DNA of 64,000 bases from an uncultured delta proteobacterium. GTDB lineage: Bacteria > Myxococcota_A > Polyangia > Polyangiales > Houyiibacteriaceae. Of this stretch, positions 1 to 8,821 are shown piece after piece; positions within the stretch are counted from its first letter, which is position 1, and each line of letters starts with the position of its first letter. Both the position numbers and the translations under genes were made by a program. Where the stretch lies: NCBI GenBank assembly GCA_963699755.1, contig CAVOVB010000003.1:384001-448000 (forward strand). The letters run 5' to 3'. The notes under the pieces are model-generated. The model did not search any database and had not been told where the DNA came from. It worked only from the letters and a program-made list of their open reading frames with translations.

Positions 1-759
1 CGACTCCGCCCGGTCGCGTGGTCTGACATCGCTACCCCAGGAGCGGATTCGCGCACACAGCGCCTCGCGAAACCAGGGCCAACCACCGCTTGGCTCGGAG
101 ACGCCCGATAGAACGTGGGCGTGCAAGCGCGCGCGGCTCAAGTCCGAATGCTGCCCGGGGAGGAGTCCTGAGAGATGGGGGAGGACCGCTTCGAATGCCG
201 TCCGCAATGGATGGCGCACAGGGAGTTGGTTCCACGAAGTCCAACCTTGCCCTTGCCGGTCGAATCGTTGCGCTGTCGCCCTCAGCGAGAATCGCTGGCG
301 CTCGAGGAACGTTTCCGCAGGCCAAGTGAGCCCGCGAGCCACCACGGCGTCGAGCTCGCCTCGAACCTCGGCTAGCGTCCGGGTGATGTCGGTCGCCTGG
401 CGCTGCACGCGCGGGAGCTCCCGGCCGACCTCTGCAAGCCACCTGTCGGCTTCGGGGTAGACATCCAAGCGATGCTCGGGCAGGAGCAGCTGGAACAGGG
501 TGGGTCGATCCAGCATGCGCTGGCGGAGATCCTGCCTCAGGGCGAGCTCCTCCAACGTGCTCTGAACGACGGGGCTCTGTGCCCCCGCGATCGTCAGTCC
601 GTACGGTTCGATCTCGACTTCTGCCAACGTGTACGACGGATCGGCCACGCCCTGACCGAGCACGAGCACACGGAAGCCATCGCGCGCCAGCAAGGCAGCG
701 CAGAGAAGCGGCTCGAGGTGAGTGCCGAGGACGACGACGTCGTAGAAACTCGTCAGCAC
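1..759 (-). CDS. Phytoene dehydrogenase/GDI-like Rossmann-fold protein, partial (runs off left edge; not in ORF track)
   Basis: GTG at 759, 4 nt after the purN stop. Open to position 1: MLTSFYDVVVLGTHLEPLLCAALLARDGFRVLVLGQG..., a beta-alpha-beta dinucleotide-fold pattern with degenerate GxGxxG. Confidence 0.7.
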   Translation of the reverse strand, partial: MLTSFYDVVVLGTHLEPLLCAALLARDGFRVLVLGQGVADPSYTLAEVEIEPYGLTIAGAQSPVVQSTLEELALRQDLRQRMLDRPTLFQLLLPEHRLDVYPEADRWLAEVGRELPRVQRQATDITRTLAEVRGELDAVVARGLTWPAETFLERQRFSLRATAQRFDRQGQGWTSWNQLPVRHPLRTAFEAVLPHLSGLLPGQHSDLSRARLHAHVLSGVSEPSGGWPWFREALCARIRSWGSDVRPRDRAES

Positions 760-763
760 GGCT

Positions 764-1402
764 CTAGGTGTCCGGCACGGACAGCGATCGAGAAGGGTCC
801 GCCACGGGCGTGCGCACGGTCAGTGGGTCGAGCGTGATCGCGCCGATCGCGATCTGTTGAATCACGGCGGGCAGGAGTCGGTGCTCCTGAACCTGGATTC
901 GGGCATGCAAGGAATCGGCACTGTCATCTTCGAGCACCGGGACGGCAGCCTGCGCGATGATCGGTCCGGTATCCACCCCTGCATCGACGATGTGGATTGT
1001 GCATCCACTGATGCGCACGCCGCCCTCGAGCGCATCTTGCGGAGCATTGTGACCCGGAAACGATGGAAGCAGGGCAGGGTGAACGTTGATGATGCGCCCC
1101 GCAAAGCGTTCGAGCAGCGGTGCACCCAAGACGCGCATGAAGCCGGCTAAGACGATCAAGTCTGGCTTCAAGGATGCCACGGTTTCGGCCAGCAAATCGT
1201 TCCAGAGCGCGCGGTCATCGCCTTTGCGAAGCGAAACCAGGCGTGTCGGGATGCTCCGTTCGTCGGCAAACCCGAGCGCTGCGGCCTTCTTTCGATCGGA
1301 AACGACGCCGACGATCTTCGCGTCGCACTTCCCTGCGTCGATGGCACTGCAGATCGCTTTCAAGTTCGAGCCGCGACCAGAAACGAGAACCACAATGTCC
1401 AT
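764..1402 (-). CDS. purN: Phosphoribosylglycinamide formyltransferase
   Basis: MDIVVLVSGRGSNL, LAGFMR, INVHPALLPSFPG, DTGPIIAQ; downstream of purM. Start moved to ATG 1402. Confidence 0.97.
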   Translation of the reverse strand: MDIVVLVSGRGSNLKAICSAIDAGKCDAKIVGVVSDRKKAAALGFADERSIPTRLVSLRKGDDRALWNDLLAETVASLKPDLIVLAGFMRVLGAPLLERFAGRIINVHPALLPSFPGHNAPQDALEGGVRISGCTIHIVDAGVDTGPIIAQAAVPVLEDDSADSLHARIQVQEHRLLPAVIQQIAIGAITLDPLTVRTPVADPSRSLSVPDT

Positions 1403-1410
1403 CTGGGGCC

Positions 1411-2436
1411 CTAGGAGGAGAACTCGACGCCTTCGCGGTCGACGACCTCGCCCATGACGAACGCGCGCTCGCCAGTTGCGTTGAGCGCGTCCACCAGGTC
1501 GGCCGCGCGTTCGGGCGCCACGACCATGGTGAAGCCGACGCCCATGTTGAACGTGCGCCGCATCTCTGCGTCGGTCACGGCGCCTCGCTCCTGGATCAGC
1601 CTGAAGATCGGGTCGACCGACCATGCGGCTTGGTCAACGGCAATTCCGAGACCGTTGGGCGTCACGCGTGGAAGGTTTTCGGGCAGCCCCCCACCGGTGA
1701 TGTGACACATCGCATGAACGCCGTATTCCAGAGCAATCCGGGCAGCTCTCACGTAAATGCGCGTGGGCCGGAGCAGTGCATCACCGAGCGTCTCACCCGA
1801 CTCGAATGGAGCCCGGAGCGAGAGCGGCGTGTCGCCCTCGACCAGCACGCGTCGGGCCAGGGAGAACCCGTTCGAGTGCAATCCGGATGAGGCGACGCCG
1901 ATCAGCTTGTCCCCAAGGCGCATGGCTTTGCCGTCGACGATGCCCTTCCGACTGACGACGCCCACGGCGAAGCCCGCTAAGTCGTATTCCCCCGATGCGT
2001 AGAAGCCCGGAAGCTCGGCTGTCTCGCCTCCGAGAAGGGCGCACTCCGATTGGCGGCATCCTTCCGCGATGCCTTTCACTACGGCCTCTCCCTGGTCCAC
2101 GTCCAGCTTCGATGTCGCAAAGTAATCCAAGAAGAACAGCGGTCTGGCGCCGACGGTGATGATGTCGTTGATGCACATCGCAACGAGGTCGATGCCGATC
2201 GTGTCGTGCCGCTGGAGCTCGAAGGCCAGCTTCAGCTTGGTCCCAACCCCGTCCGTACCCGAGACGAGGATTGGATCCTCGATGTCGCTCGGTATCGAGC
2301 AGAGGCCGGCGAAGCCACCGAGAGAACCGAGCACATGCTCTGAGCGCGTCGACTGCGCGAGCGGCTTGATTCGCTCGACGAGCTCTTCTCCGGCTTCGAT
2401 GTCGACCCCGGCGTCGCGATAAGTCATCCCCGCCAT
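1411..2436 (-). CDS. purM: Phosphoribosylformylglycinamidine cyclo-ligase (AIR synthetase)
   Basis: TYRDAGVDI, GTDGVGTK, GGETAELPG, SSGLHSNGFSL, HITGGG, TFNMGVG. Confidence 0.98.
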   Translation of the reverse strand: MAGMTYRDAGVDIEAGEELVERIKPLAQSTRSEHVLGSLGGFAGLCSIPSDIEDPILVSGTDGVGTKLKLAFELQRHDTIGIDLVAMCINDIITVGARPLFFLDYFATSKLDVDQGEAVVKGIAEGCRQSECALLGGETAELPGFYASGEYDLAGFAVGVVSRKGIVDGKAMRLGDKLIGVASSGLHSNGFSLARRVLVEGDTPLSLRAPFESGETLGDALLRPTRIYVRAARIALEYGVHAMCHITGGGLPENLPRVTPNGLGIAVDQAAWSVDPIFRLIQERGAVTDAEMRRTFNMGVGFTMVVAPERAADLVDALNATGERAFVMGEVVDREGVEFSS

Positions 2437-2443
2437 GCCGCCG

Positions 2444-2472
2444 AAGCTAGGCGATCGCTTGGGGCGGGTCAA
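2444..2472 (-). promoter_or_regulatory. sigma70-like promoter of purM (leaderless geometry)
   Basis: TTGACC-N17-TAGCTT, then 7 nt to ATG 2436. Confidence 0.6.
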
Positions 2473-2486
2473 CGAGCGACGGTCCG

Positions 2487-2515
2487 TTGACGCTCATCGA
2501 GTCGTCGCGTAAACA
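2487..2515 (+). promoter_or_regulatory. sigma70-like promoter of the amidase gene
   Basis: TTGACG-N17-TAAACA, divergent from the purM promoter. Confidence 0.45.
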
Positions 2516-3701
2516 CGCGTCCATTCGAAGCGCGGCATACACGTCGAGGCTCCATCTGCTCGGGCTGCTGATCGCCGCCTCGGGCTGCCAGGCCGATTCT
2601 TCTCCCCGGCGCCAGCAGGAGCTTTCGGCGCCCTCGGTCGAGCTGACCACGCCGGCCCAGCCACAGCGCGACAAAGCCCATCTCTCCCGGATCGACGTGT
2701 ATGGCGCCGAAGGCGTAGATCCGGCTGGCGCGCGCGTGGTCCTTCTCTTCGAAGGAGTCCCACTCTTTCACCACAAGCAGCTTCCCGCCGAGGGGATTCT
2801 GCCACCACGTATTGCCATCGAGCTCGAGGACGTCGAATGGGGTGAGGGCGTCCCCGTTTCTCAGTCCGTCGAGCGAGGGGGCCTCGAGCGCGTCCGGCTT
2901 GCCACGCCCAACCCTCGTGTCGTCTTGGATCTGCAACCGAACGCTACCGGACGCGTCTTCTTTCTGACGGACCCGTACCGCATCGTCGTAGACGTGAGCA
3001 CGGCACGACCTTCGCGAAACAAGCGCAGACCGCTCGTGGTTCTCGATCCTGGGCACGGTGGTCCGGAACCTGGCGCCGCAAACGAAGAGTTCGGGCTCGT
3101 GGAATCACAGTTGGCGCTCGACCTGGCTGAGCTGACCGCTGCGCGGCTGCGCGCGATCATGCCGCGCGTCCGGGTGATGCTCACCAGGTCGAGCGATGTC
3201 GATCTCTCGCTCGAAGAGCGTTGTGCTTTGGCCAATGCAATGGAGGCGGACGCATTCGTGTCGATTCATTTCAATGCGAGCTCTGAGCCGGTTCGAAAAG
3301 GCGGCGTCACGACTTTCGTGCTCGACACGACGAACGACCGACAGGCACTTCGCTTGGCTGCGCGTGAAAACGGAACGCGCGTTGCCGAGGTGACCGGCAT
3401 TCAGAGTCTGCTCGCGAAGCATCATCGAAAGACCCAAACCGATGGCTCCTTGACCTTGGCTGGCAAGATCCAGCGGCACACCCTGAAACGAGGCCGCGCG
3501 TTTCTGCCCAGGCTCTCGGATCGCGGCGTGCGACGCGCGATGTTTTACGTCTTGGTGGGCGCCCGAATGCCCTCGGTGCTCGTCGAGGCGTCCTTTCTCA
3601 CCTACGAGCCCGAGGCGCGCGCGCTGACCAAGTATCGATACCGCCGCGCACTCGCCGGTGGCATGGCGTCCGGTATCGCTTCGTACCTCTTGACTCGGTA
3701 G
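2487..3701 (+). CDS. N-acetylmuramoyl-L-alanine amidase (AMIN + Amidase_3), probable lipoprotein; start uncertain (TTG 2487 or ATT 2523)
   Basis: Lipobox LIAASGC; AMIN-like RVVLDL...PYRIVVDV; catalytic motifs VVLDPGHGG, FVSIHFNAS, SVLVEASF; LAAREN. Confidence 0.92.
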   Translation: MTLIESSRKHASIRSAAYTSRLHLLGLLIAASGCQADSSPRRQQELSAPSVELTTPAQPQRDKAHLSRIDVYGAEGVDPAGARVVLLFEGVPLFHHKQLPAEGILPPRIAIELEDVEWGEGVPVSQSVERGGLERVRLATPNPRVVLDLQPNATGRVFFLTDPYRIVVDVSTARPSRNKRRPLVVLDPGHGGPEPGAANEEFGLVESQLALDLAELTAARLRAIMPRVRVMLTRSSDVDLSLEERCALANAMEADAFVSIHFNASSEPVRKGGVTTFVLDTTNDRQALRLAARENGTRVAEVTGIQSLLAKHHRKTQTDGSLTLAGKIQRHTLKRGRAFLPRLSDRGVRRAMFYVLVGARMPSVLVEASFLTYEPEARALTKYRYRRALAGGMASGIASYLLTR

Positions 3702-3748
3702 GCGGATTGCTTGCTCGCACCAGGGCTGACGGTCATACTCACCAGCGT

Positions 3749-6439
3749 TTGTCGAATGCTTCTAGTCCGGTCGTCGATCTCGGTGGGCTCGCACCCTCGC
3801 TCGGCAAGACCTGCAGTGGGTACCTCGGCGGTTACCGCCGAGCGTTCGAGGATGCCGTTCGCCGTGGGGAACCGGGTGTCGGCACGGCCCGTTCCTATGC
3901 TAGGGCCATCGATGGTCTTCTGAGCGCTCTTTACTGCGCCTCAGACGCGGCCACGCGAGTACTGGGCCAAGAGCCTCGAGGTCGCGTCTCATTGGTTGCG
4001 GTCGGCGGCTACGGCCGCTCGACCCTGGGTTTGAACAGCGACGTCGACGTCGTTTTCCTTTGTGACGACTCGGACGACCCGTTTGTCGGCGCCCTCGCCG
4101 AGGGGCTGCTTTACCCGCTTTGGGATCTCGGGGTCGACATCGGGCACGCGGTTCGAAGCGTCGAAGAGACCCTGCGTTTGGCTCGCCAGGACATCCGGAC
4201 CACCACGACGCTGATCGACTTCCGTCGCGTTGCCGGCAGCGGCTCACTTCTCGATCAGCTCGAGCGCGGAGCGCGCGAACAAGTCTTCGAGCCGTACCTG
4301 GTCGAATTCCTCGCCGCGCTCGAACAGGACACCGAAGAGCGGCACCGCCGTTTTGGAGGGAGTCTCTACCTGCTCGAGCCGGACGTGAAACAGGGGCGCG
4401 GAGGTCTCAGGGACATGGACGTGGCCGAATGGGCGGCACGAGCACGCTGGGGAGCTCGAAACGAGCAGGATTACGTGCGAACGGGAGCGCTTCTCGCGCG
4501 CGAGGTCCGGGAGCTCGAAGACGCCCGTGAGATGCTCTGGCGCGTTCGCAACCTTCTGCACTTGCGTGCCGGCCGCCAGCAGGACCGTCTCACGTTCGGC
4601 GATCAGGAAGACATCGCGCAGGAGCTCGGCTTCGTCGATGGTGTCACCCTCGGTGTCGAGCAATTCATGCAAGCCTACTATCGGCACGCCCGGATCGTAG
4701 CACTTACCGCGGAGCGGATGCTCGAGCGGGCGCGCCCGCGCAATCGCACTCGAGCTACCACTTTCCGGAAGCTCGCACACGGCATCGTCTTGGCGGACGG
4801 AAGCATCAACCTCGAGAAGCCGCAGCGGCTCGATGGTGATCCCGCGCTTGCGTTTAGGTTCTACCGACAAGCGCTCCGCTACCACAAACGGCCGGACCAC
4901 TCCGCCCTAGATGCAATCGCACGCATCGCGCCCGACAAGCGATGGCGGCTGAGGTTGCAGGATTCCGAAGAAGCCACTCAGCTCTTTTTGGCTCTTATCA
5001 AGAACATCGACGAGTCGGCGTTCAGAAGCGGCTCCACCGTTGCGGAGCTTCACGAGGTTGGGCTCATCGCGGCGATGATTCCGGAGTTCGAGCCGCTCGT
5101 GGGCCGGGTCTATCACGACGTGTTCCATGTCTACACCGCGGACATCCACGCGGTTAAGGCGCTCGAGCACCTTCAAGCGCTGAGCCGAGGTGAGAGTCGG
5201 GGGCGCGCGTTGTCAGCTCGACTCGCCGCGGAAGCCCCCAGGCGCCTTCCGCTCTTCTTGGCGGTGCTCTTGCACTCGCTTGGTCGCACGCGAGGCCGGG
5301 AGCAAGAAGAAACGGGTGCACGTCTTGCCGAAAGCGTGGCACTTCGTCTCGGCCTGAGCCCGGTAGACGCCCAGCACGTGGCGTGGCTCGTCCGTGAGCA
5401 GAATTCGCTATACCGATGGGCGACCCAGCGCGACATTCATGATCCGCAGGGCCTGGCTAAGGTCGTGAGGATGGTGGAAACGCCCGAGCGCCTTCGCGAT
5501 TTGTTCTTGTGTACCGTATCGGTCATCTCGACGGTCAACCCCGAGGCGATGACCTCTTGGAAGGCGCGCGCGCTCGAGGACCTCTATCTCGCGGCGCTCG
5601 CCCAGCTCGAATCGGGGAGCGCGCCGGTGCAGACCGAAAGCCGAGTCCTGGAGGTGAAGCTGCAGGCGGTGGTCGGATTTGCCGGAGACGCAGGCCAAGA
5701 AGAGCTGCAGAGCTTCATCGACGAGATGCCCGACCGCTACTTCCTCGCCAATCCTGTGGACGTAGTCCGGAGCCACGCGCGGATCTCACGCGACCGCGAC
5801 GAAGGCATCGTGACCGTTCGCGTAGGCCCGGGACCGAGTGAGGAGGTCGATTCGGTGGTCGTCATTTCCGCCGACCGTTCAGGCCTTCTCGCAGACCTTA
5901 CCGCGGTATTTGCCGCGCACGATCTCTCCATTCTCGACGCGCAGATCTATACTCGCCAACGAGAGAGCGGGGATGAGGTGTTCGACGTGTTTTGGGTGCG
6001 GGTGGGGCACAACACACCGTCGCCGGCGCGGCTCGCAGAGGCGCTTCAAGAAGACATCGCGCATCGAATCACCAACCGTGTTTCCACCCAGGATTTGCTC
6101 GCGCGACAAAGCACGCCTCCTCCCTGGTCGGTGCGACGAGGTCCCCAGGTTCCCACGCACATCAGCGTGGATAACAACGCGTCTCTGCGCTACACGGTCG
6201 TGGACGTCTTCACCCGCGACCGAATTGGCCTCTTGCACGAGATCTCGCGCACACTCCATCAACTCGATCTGACTATCGCGCTGGCGAAGGTGAACACCGA
6301 AGGCCAGAGCGTTGCTGACGTATTCTACGTTTCCGATGCGGACGGGAACAAAGTCCGCGACTCTGATCGTCTGAAGCGTTTGCAGCGGGTGCTCTACGAT
6401 CGCATCAGCGCTTTCCATGCGCGCGCCGAGGTGCCGTGA
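3749..6439 (+). CDS. glnD: [Protein-PII] uridylyltransferase with degenerate HD domain (alternative start 3707)
   Basis: AVGGYGR...SDVDV nucleotidyltransferase motif, LEPDVKQGRGGLRD, FHVYTADIH, two ACT domains (DRSGLL, DRIGLL). Confidence 0.93.
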   Translation: MSNASSPVVDLGGLAPSLGKTCSGYLGGYRRAFEDAVRRGEPGVGTARSYARAIDGLLSALYCASDAATRVLGQEPRGRVSLVAVGGYGRSTLGLNSDVDVVFLCDDSDDPFVGALAEGLLYPLWDLGVDIGHAVRSVEETLRLARQDIRTTTTLIDFRRVAGSGSLLDQLERGAREQVFEPYLVEFLAALEQDTEERHRRFGGSLYLLEPDVKQGRGGLRDMDVAEWAARARWGARNEQDYVRTGALLAREVRELEDAREMLWRVRNLLHLRAGRQQDRLTFGDQEDIAQELGFVDGVTLGVEQFMQAYYRHARIVALTAERMLERARPRNRTRATTFRKLAHGIVLADGSINLEKPQRLDGDPALAFRFYRQALRYHKRPDHSALDAIARIAPDKRWRLRLQDSEEATQLFLALIKNIDESAFRSGSTVAELHEVGLIAAMIPEFEPLVGRVYHDVFHVYTADIHAVKALEHLQALSRGESRGRALSARLAAEAPRRLPLFLAVLLHSLGRTRGREQEETGARLAESVALRLGLSPVDAQHVAWLVREQNSLYRWATQRDIHDPQGLAKVVRMVETPERLRDLFLCTVSVISTVNPEAMTSWKARALEDLYLAALAQLESGSAPVQTESRVLEVKLQAVVGFAGDAGQEELQSFIDEMPDRYFLANPVDVVRSHARISRDRDEGIVTVRVGPGPSEEVDSVVVISADRSGLLADLTAVFAAHDLSILDAQIYTRQRESGDEVFDVFWVRVGHNTPSPARLAEALQEDIAHRITNRVSTQDLLARQSTPPPWSVRRGPQVPTHISVDNNASLRYTVVDVFTRDRIGLLHEISRTLHQLDLTIALAKVNTEGQSVADVFYVSDADGNKVRDSDRLKRLQRVLYDRISAFHARAEVP

Positions 6440-7428
6440 ACCTACATCGCGCTCCCCTTCGCGGCTGGGCATCGTGCATCGTGCTGGTCGCCGCCTGTGG
6501 CTCGGGCCAGATCGCACCGGTCGAGGTACCGCCGCTTTCGAGCGTCAGTCGCCCTTCGGCCAGTCCCGAGGTGTTGCGCGGCGAGCGCTTGCTCGCGGAG
6601 GGTAAGGTTTCGGAGGCCCGTCGCGTTTTCGAACAGGCGCTCGCCGATGATCCAAACGACGCGAGGGCTTGGCTCGATTTGGGGCTCGCTCAAGAGGCGA
6701 CTGGCGATTGGGCTTCCGCTGACAAGGCCTACCAACGGGCTATCGCTGTCGACCCGAACTTTGCTGAGGCGTTCAACAACCTAGGGGTGCTGTTGCGTGA
6801 AGCCGGCAAGCTCTCTGAGGCGACGGCCAGGCTCGAACGCGCGGTCGCGTTGGACCCGACTCTCACCGCGGCTCGGTTCAATCTCGCGCTCTCCTACGAA
6901 GAGCAGGGGAAGATGACCGATGCCGAGCGCGAATATCTCGCCACCATCGATCGACTCCCCGACGACCCGATCCCTCGAGTCAATCTCGGGTTGATGCTTC
7001 TCGATGCAGGGCGACCGGAGGATGCAACTCCACAACTGCGCGCCGCTCGCTCGATGGTCCGCGGTGACGTCTTACTCTCGATTGCCGTTGGCGAGGGTTT
7101 GCGGCGTGCTGGCCTCCCGTCCGAGGCGCTGCCCGTTCTGCGCGAGGCGCTGAGCGAAGCCCCCGAGCCACCTCCGACGGAGCTTCTCGCCGAGCTCGCC
7201 TTGGCGGAGTACGCCACTGGCGATCTCGGTCGAGCGGAGGCGACCATGCGTCGCGCCGTCGGACAAGACGAGGTCGATCCGGGACTTCAGTACGCGTACG
7301 GTTCGATCCTCGCGAAGCAGGGCCAGCTCGGCAAGGCCAGAGCCCATCTGAGGCGGGCTGCAGAGCTCGATCCGAACGGGCCATACGCGGAGCGCGCACG
7401 CGCGCGACTCGAGGCGCTCAAGCGCTGA
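6436..7428 (+). CDS. TPR-repeat lipoprotein
   Basis: Lipobox VLVAAC; repeated TPR units (AWLDLGLA, AFNNLGVL, ARFNLALS); GTGA overlap with the glnD stop. Confidence 0.85.
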   Translation: MNLHRAPLRGWASCIVLVAACGSGQIAPVEVPPLSSVSRPSASPEVLRGERLLAEGKVSEARRVFEQALADDPNDARAWLDLGLAQEATGDWASADKAYQRAIAVDPNFAEAFNNLGVLLREAGKLSEATARLERAVALDPTLTAARFNLALSYEEQGKMTDAEREYLATIDRLPDDPIPRVNLGLMLLDAGRPEDATPQLRAARSMVRGDVLLSIAVGEGLRRAGLPSEALPVLREALSEAPEPPPTELLAELALAEYATGDLGRAEATMRRAVGQDEVDPGLQYAYGSILAKQGQLGKARAHLRRAAELDPNGPYAERARARLEALKR

Positions 7429-8008
7429 AAGGCCGAAAGCTCTGACCCACCAGGAACAGCTCGTAGCTCTCGTCGCGCGTTGCGTCTGGACGGATGATCC
7501 GAACTTTGTCGAAGACCTGGCGCATCGCCTTGCGCGCGTCATCGAACTCAGCGCCTTGGAAGATTTTCGCGACGAAGATGCCGCCCGGCTCGAGCAGCGT
7601 TTTTGCAAGCTCGAGCGCGCGCATGACGAGCTCGTAGCTTCGGTACTGGTCCGCATGACGCTGGCCACTCGTCTTGGGGGCCATGTCGCTGATCACCAGG
7701 TCGAAGGGCCCGCCCAAGCTCTCCGGATCGACCTCGAAGGCATCGAGCACGCGAATCTCGGCCTGGGCCGGTAGCGCTATGCCGGGGTCATTGAGGTCGA
7801 TTCCAATCACGCGGCCGCTCGGGCCGACCTGCTCGGCTGCGTAGAGTGTCCAGGAACCAGGGCTTGCTCCGAGATCGAGAACGCGCTGGCCCTTCTTGAA
7901 TAGACCTATGCGACGATCGATTTCCTCAAGCTTGTAGACCGAGCGAGCGGGGTAGCCCTCGCGCCGCGCACGGCGTCCGTGGTGATCCTGCTGACGGCGG
8001 CGGCTCAG
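7418..8008 (-). CDS. rlmE: 23S rRNA Um2552 methyltransferase RlmE/FtsJ; probable CTG start
   Basis: The frame extends upstream of the ORF-track start through GYPARSVYKLEEID and VLDLGASPGSW. K-D-K-E tetrad present (YKL, SDMAP, VAKIF, SYELF). The first codon after the in-frame rplC TAA is CTG. Confidence 0.93.
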   Translation of the reverse strand: MSRRRQQDHHGRRARREGYPARSVYKLEEIDRRIGLFKKGQRVLDLGASPGSWTLYAAEQVGPSGRVIGIDLNDPGIALPAQAEIRVLDAFEVDPESLGGPFDLVISDMAPKTSGQRHADQYRSYELVMRALELAKTLLEPGGIFVAKIFQGAEFDDARKAMRQVFDKVRIIRPDATRDESYELFLVGQSFRPFSA

Positions 8009-8734
8009 TTAGCCCTCGTCGGAGGCTTGCGGCGTCTCCGGGGCGGGCTCCTCTTTGGGCGCGCGCTCCGGAAGCGGGATGGATGCCTTCTTGATTGCGC
8101 CCTTCAAGGTGAGAAAACCGTTGCGCGGACCGGGCACCCCGCCGTCGACCAGTACGATGTTCTCATCGGATAGCACCTTGACCACGCGAAGGTTCAAGAT
8201 GGTAGCCTTCTTGTTCCCGTACTGGCCGGCCATCTTCTGACCACGGAGCGTATGAGCCGGCGTCATGTTCATGCCGATGGAGCCGCCGTGCCGCTTGGCC
8301 TCGTGCGTGCCGTGACCGACCGTGCCCGCACCAGCGAAGTTGTGTCGCTTCATGACCCCAGTGAATCCGCGGCCCTTGCTCGTGGCGGATACGTCGACGA
8401 ACTGGCCATCCTGGAAAATGTCGGCCGCGCCCAGAGTCTGACCGACCTCGAAGCGCTCGAGGAGCGACTCATCGATACGGAACTCACGAACGACCCGCGT
8501 TGCGTCCACGCCCGCCTTCTTGAAGTTGCCAGCCTCGGCCTTGTTCACGAGCTTCTCACGACGACTACCGAAGCCGAGCTGGAGCGCGGAGTAGCCGTCT
8601 TTGGCTGGGGTGCGCTTGCCCAGCACCACGCAGGGCCCTGCCTTGATCGCGGTGACGCGCCGGACCTCCCCGTCGTCGAGGAAGATTTGGGTATTGCCAA
8701 GCTTGGTGCCGATGAGGCCGGGATTCGTATTCAC
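8009..8734 (-). CDS. rplC: 50S ribosomal protein L3
   Basis: GLIGTKLGNTQIF, DGYSALQLGF, SKGRGFTGVMKRHNF, GSIG, KMAGQYG, GGVPG; SD GGGGAG before GTG. Confidence 0.97.
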   Translation of the reverse strand: MNTNPGLIGTKLGNTQIFLDDGEVRRVTAIKAGPCVVLGKRTPAKDGYSALQLGFGSRREKLVNKAEAGNFKKAGVDATRVVREFRIDESLLERFEVGQTLGAADIFQDGQFVDVSATSKGRGFTGVMKRHNFAGAGTVGHGTHEAKRHGGSIGMNMTPAHTLRGQKMAGQYGNKKATILNLRVVKVLSDENIVLVDGGVPGPRNGFLTLKGAIKKASIPLPERAPKEEPAPETPQASDEG

Positions 8735-8762
8735 AAGTGTTCTCCCCTGGAAAAGGGCCGCA

Positions 8763-8790
8763 AAGATAGTGATGCGCAGGGGCGAGTCAA
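8763..8790 (-). promoter_or_regulatory. sigma70-like promoter of rplC
   Basis: TTGACT-N16-TATCTT in the tatD-rplC gap. Confidence 0.55.
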
Positions 8791-8821
8791 GGCGGAGGCA
8801 TCTGGCAGTTCAAAGCCCCGA

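Noticed and set aside
764..1624. ORF-track N-terminal extensions of purN (also efp, obgE, rpmF, rpiB, the response regulator, the VWA gene and the beta-helix gene)
   Set aside because: Extensions overlap neighbouring genes or promoters and lack family similarity; starts were reassigned.
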